This document shows, in pieces, positions 20,227-29,234 of a stretch of 34,401 bases of DNA. This stretch comes from an uncultured Coriobacteriaceae bacterium (GTDB lineage Bacteria; Actinomycetota; Coriobacteriia; Coriobacteriales; CADBOM01): the NCBI GenBank assembly GCA_964428485.1, contig CAYRYP010000004.1, forward strand, positions 1 to 34,401, read 5' to 3'. Every line of letters begins with the position of its first letter. Positions within the stretch are counted from its first letter, which is position 1. The notes beneath the pieces were generated by a model that saw only the letters and a program-made list of their open reading frames with translations, had not been told where the DNA came from and ran no database searches. The translations under genes and the position numbers were made by a program.

Positions 20227-20813
20227 CTGGGAATCCCGCCCCCAAAGTCATCGAACCCATCCCCCAGCCCGGGAGTCGGGAAGATCTCATCAAGAAACTC
20301 GGCGAACGACTCCACGTCTCCTCCGGTGGTGCTCTTGGTGCATTCCTCCGCACACGTCCTACGAAGACCCGAGAAGAAGCCGTCTAGAAGCTCCGAGCAC
20401 TCCTTCTCCAAAACCCCAAACGAGACCGGGAAGGAGTGGTTGAGCCTAGGGTCGTCGCACATCGCGTAGATGGAGTCGAGAGCACCGGCAGAGGGGTCGA
20501 GCACTCCCACGACACATCGAGATATCCTAGACAGGACCATGGCCCCGGCGCACATCACGCAGGGCTCCAACGTCACGTAGACGGTGCATCCGCTCAGTCT
20601 CCAGCGCCCAAGCGCCCGGGCCGCCTCCCTCATCGCGACGATCTCTGCATGAGCGGTGGGATCGAGGTCAGCCTCGCGTCTGTTGCACCCGGTGGCTATC
20701 ACCTGTCCCTCATGCACCACGACGGCCCCGACCGGTATATCCCCCGTACTCGCGGCGAGCCTCGCCTGTTCGAGCGCCGCCCGCATATATGTCTCGTCCT
20801 CTTTCGTGTGCAT
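20223..20813 (-). CDS. tadA: tRNA adenosine(34) deaminase TadA, with C-terminal extension
   Basis: CDA-fold motifs HAEIVAM and TLEPCVMCAGAM. The ORF-track start at 20831 is TTG. ATG 20813 (MHTKEDETYMRAALEQA) fits the usual TadA N-terminal spacing. About 50 extra C-terminal residues. Confidence 0.88.
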   Translation of the reverse strand: MHTKEDETYMRAALEQARLAASTGDIPVGAVVVHEGQVIATGCNRREADLDPTAHAEIVAMREAARALGRWRLSGCTVYVTLEPCVMCAGAMVLSRISRCVVGVLDPSAGALDSIYAMCDDPRLNHSFPVSFGVLEKECSELLDGFFSGLRRTCAEECTKSTTGGDVESFAEFLDEIFPTPGLGDGFDDFGGGIPR

Positions 20814-20838
20814 GATGGGATTGTCCGCCAACTCAGCG

Positions 20839-20879
20839 AAAAAAAGAGGACTCCCGCCCGCTTAAATCGCGGACGGGAG
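20839..20879 (-). terminator. Rho-independent terminator downstream of the corrinoid-protein gene
   Basis: On the minus strand, an 11-bp GC-rich stem with one mismatch (CTCCCGTCCGC / GCGGGCGGGAG) and a 7-nt loop is followed by TCCTCTTTTTTTCG. Confidence 0.7.
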
Positions 20880-20946
20880 CCATGCTCGGGCGGGCAGTCA
20901 TGCCCTGCGCCCGAAACGCTCTGAATCAAATCGTCCAGAGTAGAGA

Positions 20947-21588
20947 CTACTTCATAGCTGCAAGAATCTCGGCAGCCTTGTTGGCGCAGGAGCCACCGTC
21001 GGGGGTGTAGGCGTCTGCACCGATCTCGTCGCAGAACTCCTGGGTGACAGGGGCGCCACCGACCATGATCTTGACCTGATCGCGGATGCCGGCATCCTCG
21101 AACGCCTTCACGACGTCCTGCAGCATCGGCATGGTGGTGGTGAGCAGCGCGGAGGCGAGGACGAGCTTGGTGTCCGGATTCTCCTTGACGTACTCGACGA
21201 ACTTCTCGGTGGGAACGTCGACGCCGAGATCCTCGACCTCGATGCCCTTGCCCTCGACCATCATGCGGACGATGTTCTTTCCAATGTCGTGCATGTCACC
21301 GGCGACGGTGCCGAGAACGGCCTTGCCCAGAGGCTCGTTGCCAGCCTCATCCAGAAGCGGCTTGAGCAGCGCGGTTCCAGCGTTCATGGCGCGAGCGGCA
21401 ACCAGGACCTCGGGAACGAAGACCTCGTCGTTGCGGAACTTCTCGCCGATGACTCCGAAGCCGTCGAGCAGAGCGTTCAGAATGTCCTGCGCGCCCACTC
21501 CCTCGTCGATCGCCTGCTGAACCAGAGGAACGACTTCCTTCTTCTTGCCACGCTGAATTGCAGAGTTGATATCATCAAGAATGGCCAT
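20947..21588 (-). CDS. Cobalamin-binding corrinoid protein (methyltransferase-cognate, MtaC/MtbC/MttC-like)
   Basis: B12-binding cap helix bundle followed by a Rossmann B12 domain. His-on motif GDMHDIGKN (D-x-H-x-x-G), SALLTTTM and GGAP. The start was trimmed to ATG 21588 (MAILDDINS), which has an AAAGGGG SD. Confidence 0.88.
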   Translation of the reverse strand: MAILDDINSAIQRGKKKEVVPLVQQAIDEGVGAQDILNALLDGFGVIGEKFRNDEVFVPEVLVAARAMNAGTALLKPLLDEAGNEPLGKAVLGTVAGDMHDIGKNIVRMMVEGKGIEVEDLGVDVPTEKFVEYVKENPDTKLVLASALLTTTMPMLQDVVKAFEDAGIRDQVKIMVGGAPVTQEFCDEIGADAYTPDGGSCANKAAEILAAMK

Positions 21589-21969
21589 GACGATACCCCT
21601 TTCGAATTTCGGCCGCTCCCACGGCCAGACCAATATAGAACCCTTACTATCACGTCCCGCAGCTACTCCGGCGATCGTTTCGCAACCGTTCCGCGACAAA
21701 GTGCAGTATAGCATCGGCCTTTATACTTCAAGTACTGATTTGCCGCCATTCCTTTGTATCATTCGTACCAAAATACCCTGTATTTCACGCATAGTGGGAA
21801 AAGATGCGGGTGATAAACTCGTCTTTAAACATAGTTTGACCCTGTTGACGGCCATGTTGATCGACAACATTCACCATGCTGGCGGTCTTGCGCGAACAGC
21901 ACCCCATCTTAAAAGGGGTTCCCGCGCAGCAACACGGCTCCAAGGTCATCTGGGAAAGCGAGGGGGTAT

Positions 21970-23484
21970 ATGAGGATCGAGATCGTCACCACCGAAGGCA
22001 CGAGGCAGGTCGAGGCAATCGAGGGGCAGACCGTTCTCTCCGTACTACAGGACGAGGGCATCAACATCAACGCACCATGCGGTGGAAACGGAGTCTGCGG
22101 CAAATGCAAGGTGCTTCTCAGAACCGACGAGGGACTGGGTTACCAGCTGGCATGCCAGGTGGCCGTCGAGGACGGCATGAAGGTCATGATCGAGCACGAC
22201 AACGTGATGTCTATCGCGGACACCGGCTACTCCGCCCCCTACACGATCGACTCAGGCGAGCCCGGAACCTACGGCCTGGCAATCGACATTGGGACCACCA
22301 CCGTGGTGTGCCACCTCCACTCGCTCGAGGACGGCAGTAGGCTCGCGAGCGCCAGCTGCCCCAACCCCCAGATAGTGTTCGGAGGAGACGTCATCAGCAG
22401 GATCACCGCATCGATGAACGGCAAACTTCCGCAGATGCGCGACGCGATCGTCTCCGGACTAGAAAGGCTGCGCGCCGAGGCGTTCGATCGAGCAGGTGTC
22501 GAGCCTGTCGAGCCAATCCGCGCCGTGATCGCCGGCAACACCGTCATGCAGCACATTGTCACAGGTCTCTCCCCCAATTCCATCGGGGTTAACCCCTTCA
22601 TACCCGAGAGCCTCTTCGGTGATGTCCACGCCATTAAGGGGATCTGCGACCAGTCGTATCTGATGCCCTGCACGGCCGGCTATGTTGGGGGCGACATCAC
22701 CGCCGGCATCGTGGCTACGGGCCTCGTGCGTAAGGAGCGCCCCTGCCTGCTTGTCGACGTGGGGACAAACGGCGAGATGGTGCTGGGTAACAAAGACAGG
22801 ATGGTCTCCTGCGCCACCGCGGCGGGCCCGGCCTTCGAGGGTGCCAACATAGAGTGCGGAATGCCAGCGGGCCCGGGCGGCATCTCGAAGGTCTCCATGG
22901 CCGACGGCGAGCTCGTACTGGACGTGATAGGCGGGGTGGATCCGATAGGCATCTGTGGCTCGGGTCTCATAGACACGCTCGCCATCATGCTCAACCTCGA
23001 GGTCATAGATGAGACCGGTCGTATCGTGGACGAAGACGAGGTAGACGGCGACGCCGTGCGCTTCATAGGCGAGGTCCACGACGAGAGTGTGATCTGGCTC
23101 TCACGCGAGTGCAACGTCTACGTCACGCAGAAGGACGTTCGAAACATCCAGCTTGCCAAAGCGGCCATCTGCGCAGGGGTCTACACCCTGCTCGACGAGT
23201 ACGACATCGGGGTAGACGATGTGGAGAGCCTCTACATCGCCGGCGGGTTCGGCAGTCACATCGACATCGCCAACGCCATGCGCATAGGCATCTTCCCGGC
23301 AGAGCTGATCGACCGCACCGAGTCGGTTGGGAACTCGGCCGGAGAGGGCGCCGCTGCCGTCCTGGTCTCCACGGAGGCGAGGAAAAGCCTGGTCGAAGTC
23401 ATGGATAAATGCGACTACGTGGAGCTTTCGACCTCTGCGAAGTTTAACGAGTACTACGTCGAGCAGATGATGTTTGAGGAATAG
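21970..23484 (+). CDS. Corrinoid reductive activator (RACo/AcsV-like): N-terminal 2Fe-2S ferredoxin domain plus ASKHA ATPase domain
   Basis: Plant-type ferredoxin cysteines APCGGNGVCGKCKV...LACQV. These are followed by ASKHA/DUF4445-like blocks GLAIDIGTTT, LLVDVGTNGE, ATAAGPAFEG and YIAGGFG. GAGGGGG SD is upstream. Confidence 0.85.
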   Translation: MRIEIVTTEGTRQVEAIEGQTVLSVLQDEGININAPCGGNGVCGKCKVLLRTDEGLGYQLACQVAVEDGMKVMIEHDNVMSIADTGYSAPYTIDSGEPGTYGLAIDIGTTTVVCHLHSLEDGSRLASASCPNPQIVFGGDVISRITASMNGKLPQMRDAIVSGLERLRAEAFDRAGVEPVEPIRAVIAGNTVMQHIVTGLSPNSIGVNPFIPESLFGDVHAIKGICDQSYLMPCTAGYVGGDITAGIVATGLVRKERPCLLVDVGTNGEMVLGNKDRMVSCATAAGPAFEGANIECGMPAGPGGISKVSMADGELVLDVIGGVDPIGICGSGLIDTLAIMLNLEVIDETGRIVDEDEVDGDAVRFIGEVHDESVIWLSRECNVYVTQKDVRNIQLAKAAICAGVYTLLDEYDIGVDDVESLYIAGGFGSHIDIANAMRIGIFPAELIDRTESVGNSAGEGAAAVLVSTEARKSLVEVMDKCDYVELSTSAKFNEYYVEQMMFEE

Positions 23485-23559
23485 AGGGTGCAGGAGACCG
23501 GGACGGCTATGGGGTGATCTACCGCCCGGCTCCAGATGGAACAGGAGGAGAAAAACGGG

Positions 23560-24105
23560 ATGACTAACGAGGAGATCACGGAAAAGATCGTGGAACTTGC
23601 ACGTGAGCACGGCTTCGAGTGCATCGGCATCACGACAGCAGACAAGCTGAGGGTTCGCGACGAGGTGCGCGACATGTGTTCTGCCGACAAATGCAAGAGC
23701 TACGATAGGAACTGGGCATGTCCTCCAGCTTGTGGAACCCTCGACTACTTCCGCGAGGAGATCGGCAAGCGCAGCAGCGTGGTGGTGTTCCAGACCGTAG
23801 GCGACCTCGAGGACGAGTTCGACATCGAGACGATGATGGAGACCAGCGATCTCCACAAAGAACGCATCCCCAAGTTCGTCTCCGATGTCCGCGAGATCGT
23901 CCCGGATTGCCTGGTGCTCGCCGCCGGAGCCTGCACGATCTGCAGCGAGTGTTCCTATCCAGACGCCGAGTGCAGGTTCCCGAACAGAAGTTTCGTCTCC
24001 ATGGAGGCATCGGGGTTGGTGGTGAGCGACACATGCACCGCCGCCGGGATCCCCTACAACCACGGTTCCGACCACATCGCCTACGTTAGCTGCGTTGTTA
24101 TATAG
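23560..24105 (+). CDS. DUF2284-type predicted metal-binding (Cys-rich) protein
   Basis: Cys motifs CSADKCKSYDRNWACPPAC and GACTICSECSYPDAEC. The start was chosen at ATG 23560, which has AGGAGGAG 9 nt upstream. The ORF-track start is 23536. Confidence 0.7.
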   Translation: MTNEEITEKIVELAREHGFECIGITTADKLRVRDEVRDMCSADKCKSYDRNWACPPACGTLDYFREEIGKRSSVVVFQTVGDLEDEFDIETMMETSDLHKERIPKFVSDVREIVPDCLVLAAGACTICSECSYPDAECRFPNRSFVSMEASGLVVSDTCTAAGIPYNHGSDHIAYVSCVVI

Positions 24106-24272
24106 GCCAGGCTCCTGGGGGGATGTGCGGCGCCTTTACGTGAAATTTTCGCTCAGCCGACACGGGGGGTTGGTCATGGGCGTCCGTCTGGCCGCCCGTC
24201 TCCGGAAGAGCAGGCTCCTACCACGCCATCTCAACCAGCATTCGCGTGCGATATGCTATTTTGATGTGAACC

Positions 24273-24365
24273 GGAAGGGTGGCAGAGCGGTTTATTGCGA
24301 CGGTCTTGAAAACCGTTGAGCGGGCAGCCCCCGTTCCGAGGGTTCGAATCCCTCCCCTTCCGCCA
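24273..24365 (+). tRNA. tRNA-Ser (anticodon TGA)
   Basis: 93 nt. GGAAGGG/CCCTTCC acceptor stem, ACGGT-CTTGAAA-ACCGT anticodon arm (TGA), long variable arm, GGTTCGAATCC T-loop and an encoded CCA. Confidence 0.93.
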
Positions 24366-24376
24366 ATCGAAAAAAC

Positions 24377-24416
24377 GCCCCTGATCCGCATCTTGCAGGT
24401 CAGGGGCTTATCTTTT
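24377..24416. terminator. Bidirectional rho-independent terminator (tRNA-Ser on +, probably groESL on -)
   Basis: GCCCCTGA (24377-24384) pairs with TCAGGGGC (24400-24407). TTATCTTTT follows on the + strand. AAAAAA precedes it, which reads as a T-tract on the - strand. Confidence 0.65.
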
Positions 24417-24559
24417 GGGCTATAGCCCTATCTTTTGGACTTTAGCTCATAGCAAAATGGGAACCCAGATGCTCGTTGGCACCCGGGCTCCCTGTTGATC
24501 TCAGCTGTTATCCAGCCAAAACGGTGAACCGTGGACCGGTGATGGGAGGCGTTGCTCTC

Positions 24560-26221
<1,662 letters not shown>

Positions 26222-26252
26222 TCACTACAGAACCCAAAAGGGAGCTCAAAGA

Positions 26253-26543
26253 CTAGTCCTCGATGACAGCGTAGATGTCGTCGGCACGCAGGATCAGGTA
26301 GTCCTCGTCGTCGACTGTGACCTCGGTTCCGCCGTACTTGCTGTAGATGACGGTGTCACCCTCCTTGACAGCGGGAACAACCAGATTCCCGTTGTTGTCG
26401 AGCTTGCCCTCGCCCACGGCGATGACCTTGCCGCGCTGCGGCTTCTCCTGAGCAGTGCTGGCGATGTAGAGACCCGACTTGGTCATGGTCTCGGCATCGT
26501 CCTGCTTGAGGATCACCCTGTCACCCAGTGGCTTCAGATTCAT
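26253..26543 (-). CDS. groS: Co-chaperonin GroES
   Basis: 96 aa, MNLKPLGDRVILK...GKVIAVG...YSKYGGTE. GGAGGT SD lies 7 nt upstream. Confidence 0.96.
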   Translation of the reverse strand: MNLKPLGDRVILKQDDAETMTKSGLYIASTAQEKPQRGKVIAVGEGKLDNNGNLVVPAVKEGDTVIYSKYGGTEVTVDDEDYLILRADDIYAVIED

Positions 26544-26636
26544 TGCGATTACCTCCTATGACGTGCATGTTCTTCGATCGAATCGATTTCTTGCTTCCGC
26601 CCTGCGAAGGTGCTTAGCAATCTCCGCCTCGGGCTG

Positions 26637-26663
26637 TTAGCACTCTTTGAGGTCGACTGCTAA
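26637..26663. promoter_or_regulatory. CIRCE operator (HrcA binding site) upstream of groES
   Basis: TTAGCACTC-N9-GACTGCTAA matches the consensus TTAGCACTC-N9-GAGTGCTAA at 17 of 18 positions. It lies 94 nt upstream of the groES ATG. Confidence 0.85.
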
Positions 26664-26671
26664 CAGATGTG

Positions 26672-26700
26672 AGTATGGTCCTTGGAGCGCCAGGTTTCAA
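26672..26700 (-). promoter_or_regulatory. Candidate groESL promoter (TTGAAA-N17-CATACT)
   Basis: On the minus strand, TTGAAA (26700-26695), a 17-nt spacer, then CATACT (26677-26672). It sits immediately upstream of CIRCE, the classical arrangement. Confidence 0.45.
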
Positions 26701-26787
26701 GTGTCCTGGAGAAAAAACCACGGATGTTTGGCGGGCGGCGAAAAGGCGCTGCGAGCGGGGAGCGCAAAAGGAATCCTCAGTGTGCTG

Positions 26788-27576
26788 TCATCCCCTGGTG
26801 CGCTCAAAAATGATCCTCAGACCGTCGAGAGTGAGAAAGCTATCGCAGATGTCGATAGTTTCAGAGATCGGCGCGATTAGGGAGATGAGTCCACCGGTTG
26901 CTATGACGCGCGCGTCATCGCAGCCCATCTCTCCCCTGATCAGCCTCACGAGGCCGTCGATGCGCGAAACCTCACCGTAGGTGAGACCAGACTGTATGGC
27001 CTCAACCGTACCCCTGCCTATCACGTGCTCGGGAATGGCGAGGTCGACCTGCGCAAGCCGAGCGGCATGCGAGAACATCGCGTTAGCTGATACCGCGATC
27101 CCCGGCGCGATGATTCCGCCGATGAGGGCGCCGTCGCCATCTATGACCTCGATATTGGTAGCGGTTCCGAGGTCCACGACGATGCAGGGGTAGCCGTACT
27201 TGGCCGTTGCCCCCACGGCATCGGCTATCCTGTCGGGGCCGACCTCGCGCGGGTTGGCGAAGCGCAACTTCACACCGTAGTCGCGCGTCGCGTCCACGAT
27301 CTCAAGACGCGGTTCTTCGGACCCGCCATCGGACAGCAGTGTGGACACGGCCGACTTCCAGGAGATCGTCAGTGGGGGCACCACGCTCGAGACCACTCCC
27401 CCATCGATATTTCCCAAGAGTCCGGGTTGCAGCCCGAGGAGCGAGTGCAGCTGGATGAGCACCTGGTCCGACGTCGCCTTGCGATCGCTGGGAACCCTCC
27501 AGAAAGCCCTCATGGACTCCCCGTCGTAGACTCCTATCGTCGTCTGGGTGTTCCCGACGTCAACTGCTATGAGCAT
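26788..27576 (-). CDS. coaX: Type III pantothenate kinase
   Basis: MLIAVDVGNTQTTIG N-terminus, VVDLGTATN and GGL blocks of the ASKHA-fold CoaX. The start was trimmed to ATG 27576, which has an AGGGGG SD. Confidence 0.9.
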   Translation of the reverse strand: MLIAVDVGNTQTTIGVYDGESMRAFWRVPSDRKATSDQVLIQLHSLLGLQPGLLGNIDGGVVSSVVPPLTISWKSAVSTLLSDGGSEEPRLEIVDATRDYGVKLRFANPREVGPDRIADAVGATAKYGYPCIVVDLGTATNIEVIDGDGALIGGIIAPGIAVSANAMFSHAARLAQVDLAIPEHVIGRGTVEAIQSGLTYGEVSRIDGLVRLIRGEMGCDDARVIATGGLISLIAPISETIDICDSFLTLDGLRIIFERTRG

Positions 27577-27637
27577 GGTATACCCCCTGTCCTCAATGCC
27601 CCACCTGTAAGAAGGCAAGCGCCGGGACGAGTGTGAC

Positions 27638-29188
27638 TCACGCCTCCTGGACGGTCGCTGCCTCTCCGGTTTCGATCCCAGTCCCGCCGGCATCCCCATC
27701 GGGCACATCTTCCTCGCGGATCTGGGCGTTTAGTCTCCTGAACTCGAACACGATGAAAATTATGGCGCATATGAACGAGAGTACATCGGCTATGGGCGGC
27801 GACACCACCACGCCAAAGATCTGATCGACCCCTGGGAAGAACGCTCCGATAAGAACGGGCATACCCAGATAGAGCGGTATCAGGAAGATCAGCTGCCTGG
27901 TGAGCGACAGGAAGATCGAGCGCGCAGGCCTAGCCGTTGCCTGGAAGTATGACGAGATCACTATCTGGAAGATCATCAACGGCATGACCACGGTCTGCAG
28001 CCGCAGAGCGAAGACGCAGAACTCCAGGAGGTCGGACTCGATGCCGAACAGCATGCAGATCTGGGCTGTAAAGATCTCGATAAGCCCCCACAGGACCAGG
28101 CACAGCACGAACGCGACCTTCAGCTCGAGCTTGAGCGTGGCCTTGATCCTTCTGGGGATGCGGGCGCCGAAGTTATAGCCGAGTATAGGCTGCGCCGCAA
28201 CGGGGATTCCCATAGCAGGGAGCATTACAAACAGCGCGACCCGCTGCATGACAGCAAACACAGCGAAGCACCCAGTCTCGCCGATGTCAGTGAGAGCCCC
28301 GTAGACCCCCACCTGGTTGTTTATGATGAACGAGACGATCGTGAGGGCCAGCTGAAGCAGGAACGAGGCGGAACCGAGCGCGAGGATCGCGGAGGGGATG
28401 CCACGCTTGAACGGGATGTTGGACAACTTGAGCTTGAACGGCGACTTGGGGCTCTTAGAAAAGTAGTAGAGCACCACAGCGCATGTGACCGCCTGGCCGG
28501 TGATGGTGGCGCAGGCCTGTCCGGGGACCCCAAAACCCAGCACGATTACGAACAGGTAGCTCAGCGCCACGCAAACGAGCGTACCGGACAGCATCGACCA
28601 TAGCGCGCGGTTGGGGTCGCCGGCCGACCTGATGAAGTTGTTGATCCCCAATCCGAGGATCTGGAAGATCGAGCCTATGGAGAGGATCTGTATGAACTGC
28701 TGGGAGTGAGTCCAGGTCTCCTCGGTGGCACCGGCGAGCGAGAGTATCGGGTCGATGAACACGAAGACGATCACGAGCATGACGATCCAAGCCATGATCC
28801 CCAAGAGAAGCGTGTTTCCGAGGACTTTTTCGGCCTCGTCCTTCTTACCCTGCCCCAGCTTTATCGCCGCGAGCGCGTTGCCCCCATTTCCTACCAGCAA
28901 GGCCAACGCCATGAAGAGGATCATCATGGGATTTGCCACCGTGGAGACGGCCAACCCGATCGTTCCGACCCCCTGCCCGAGGAAGATCGCCGAAAGTACG
29001 TTGTACAGACCGCTGATGATGAGGCTCGCCACAGCCGGGATACCAAACTCCATCAGGAGCTTGGGGATGCTGCCGGTGCCTAGCCTGTTGAACTGCTCGT
29101 CCGTTCCCTTCTTGTGGCCCCTGCCGTGAGCGGGGTTAGCCTCTGCGTCTTGACGCTGTTCTATTACCTGGTTGCCTTCTGCAGCCAT
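27638..29188 (-). CDS. MATE family efflux transporter
   Basis: About 12 TM segments. Typical N-terminal KLLMEFGIPAVASLIISGLYNVLSAIFLGQ. The start was trimmed to ATG 29188 (MAAEGNQ...), which has a GGAG SD. The cytoplasmic C-terminal tail is acidic. Confidence 0.85.
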   Translation of the reverse strand: MAAEGNQVIEQRQDAEANPAHGRGHKKGTDEQFNRLGTGSIPKLLMEFGIPAVASLIISGLYNVLSAIFLGQGVGTIGLAVSTVANPMMILFMALALLVGNGGNALAAIKLGQGKKDEAEKVLGNTLLLGIMAWIVMLVIVFVFIDPILSLAGATEETWTHSQQFIQILSIGSIFQILGLGINNFIRSAGDPNRALWSMLSGTLVCVALSYLFVIVLGFGVPGQACATITGQAVTCAVVLYYFSKSPKSPFKLKLSNIPFKRGIPSAILALGSASFLLQLALTIVSFIINNQVGVYGALTDIGETGCFAVFAVMQRVALFVMLPAMGIPVAAQPILGYNFGARIPRRIKATLKLELKVAFVLCLVLWGLIEIFTAQICMLFGIESDLLEFCVFALRLQTVVMPLMIFQIVISSYFQATARPARSIFLSLTRQLIFLIPLYLGMPVLIGAFFPGVDQIFGVVVSPPIADVLSFICAIIFIVFEFRRLNAQIREEDVPDGDAGGTGIETGEAATVQEA

Positions 29189-29234
29189 ATGCACTCCAAA
29201 CCGTAATTGTCCTTCTTGGTGTTGCCCGGCGTTT

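Noticed and set aside
21790-21870. Possible cobalamin riboswitch upstream of the corrinoid activator gene (TAGTGGGAAAAGATGCGGGTGATAAACTCG resembles the AGGGAA..GGTG..AA..CC core).
   Set aside because: The spacing between GGGAA and GGTG is too long. The CC of the AA-nn-CC element is missing. I cannot find a B12 box (GCCACTG-like) or the expected helices. I treat this as a chance resemblance unless a covariance model says otherwise.
23101-24075. 324-aa minus-strand ORF spanning the 3' end of the activator gene and the DUF2284 gene.
   Set aside because: It crosses an intergenic gap between two well-supported + strand genes. It has no SD and an antisense-type composition.
19098-24365. The tRNA-Gln and tRNA-Ser genes as possible integration sites for a genomic island, with the corrinoid module lying between them.
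   Set aside because: There is no integrase, recombinase or phage gene. I noticed no direct repeat of a tRNA 3' end. The interval also contains essential core genes (ispE, tadA). The GC content looks like the rest of the window, apart from one intergenic region.
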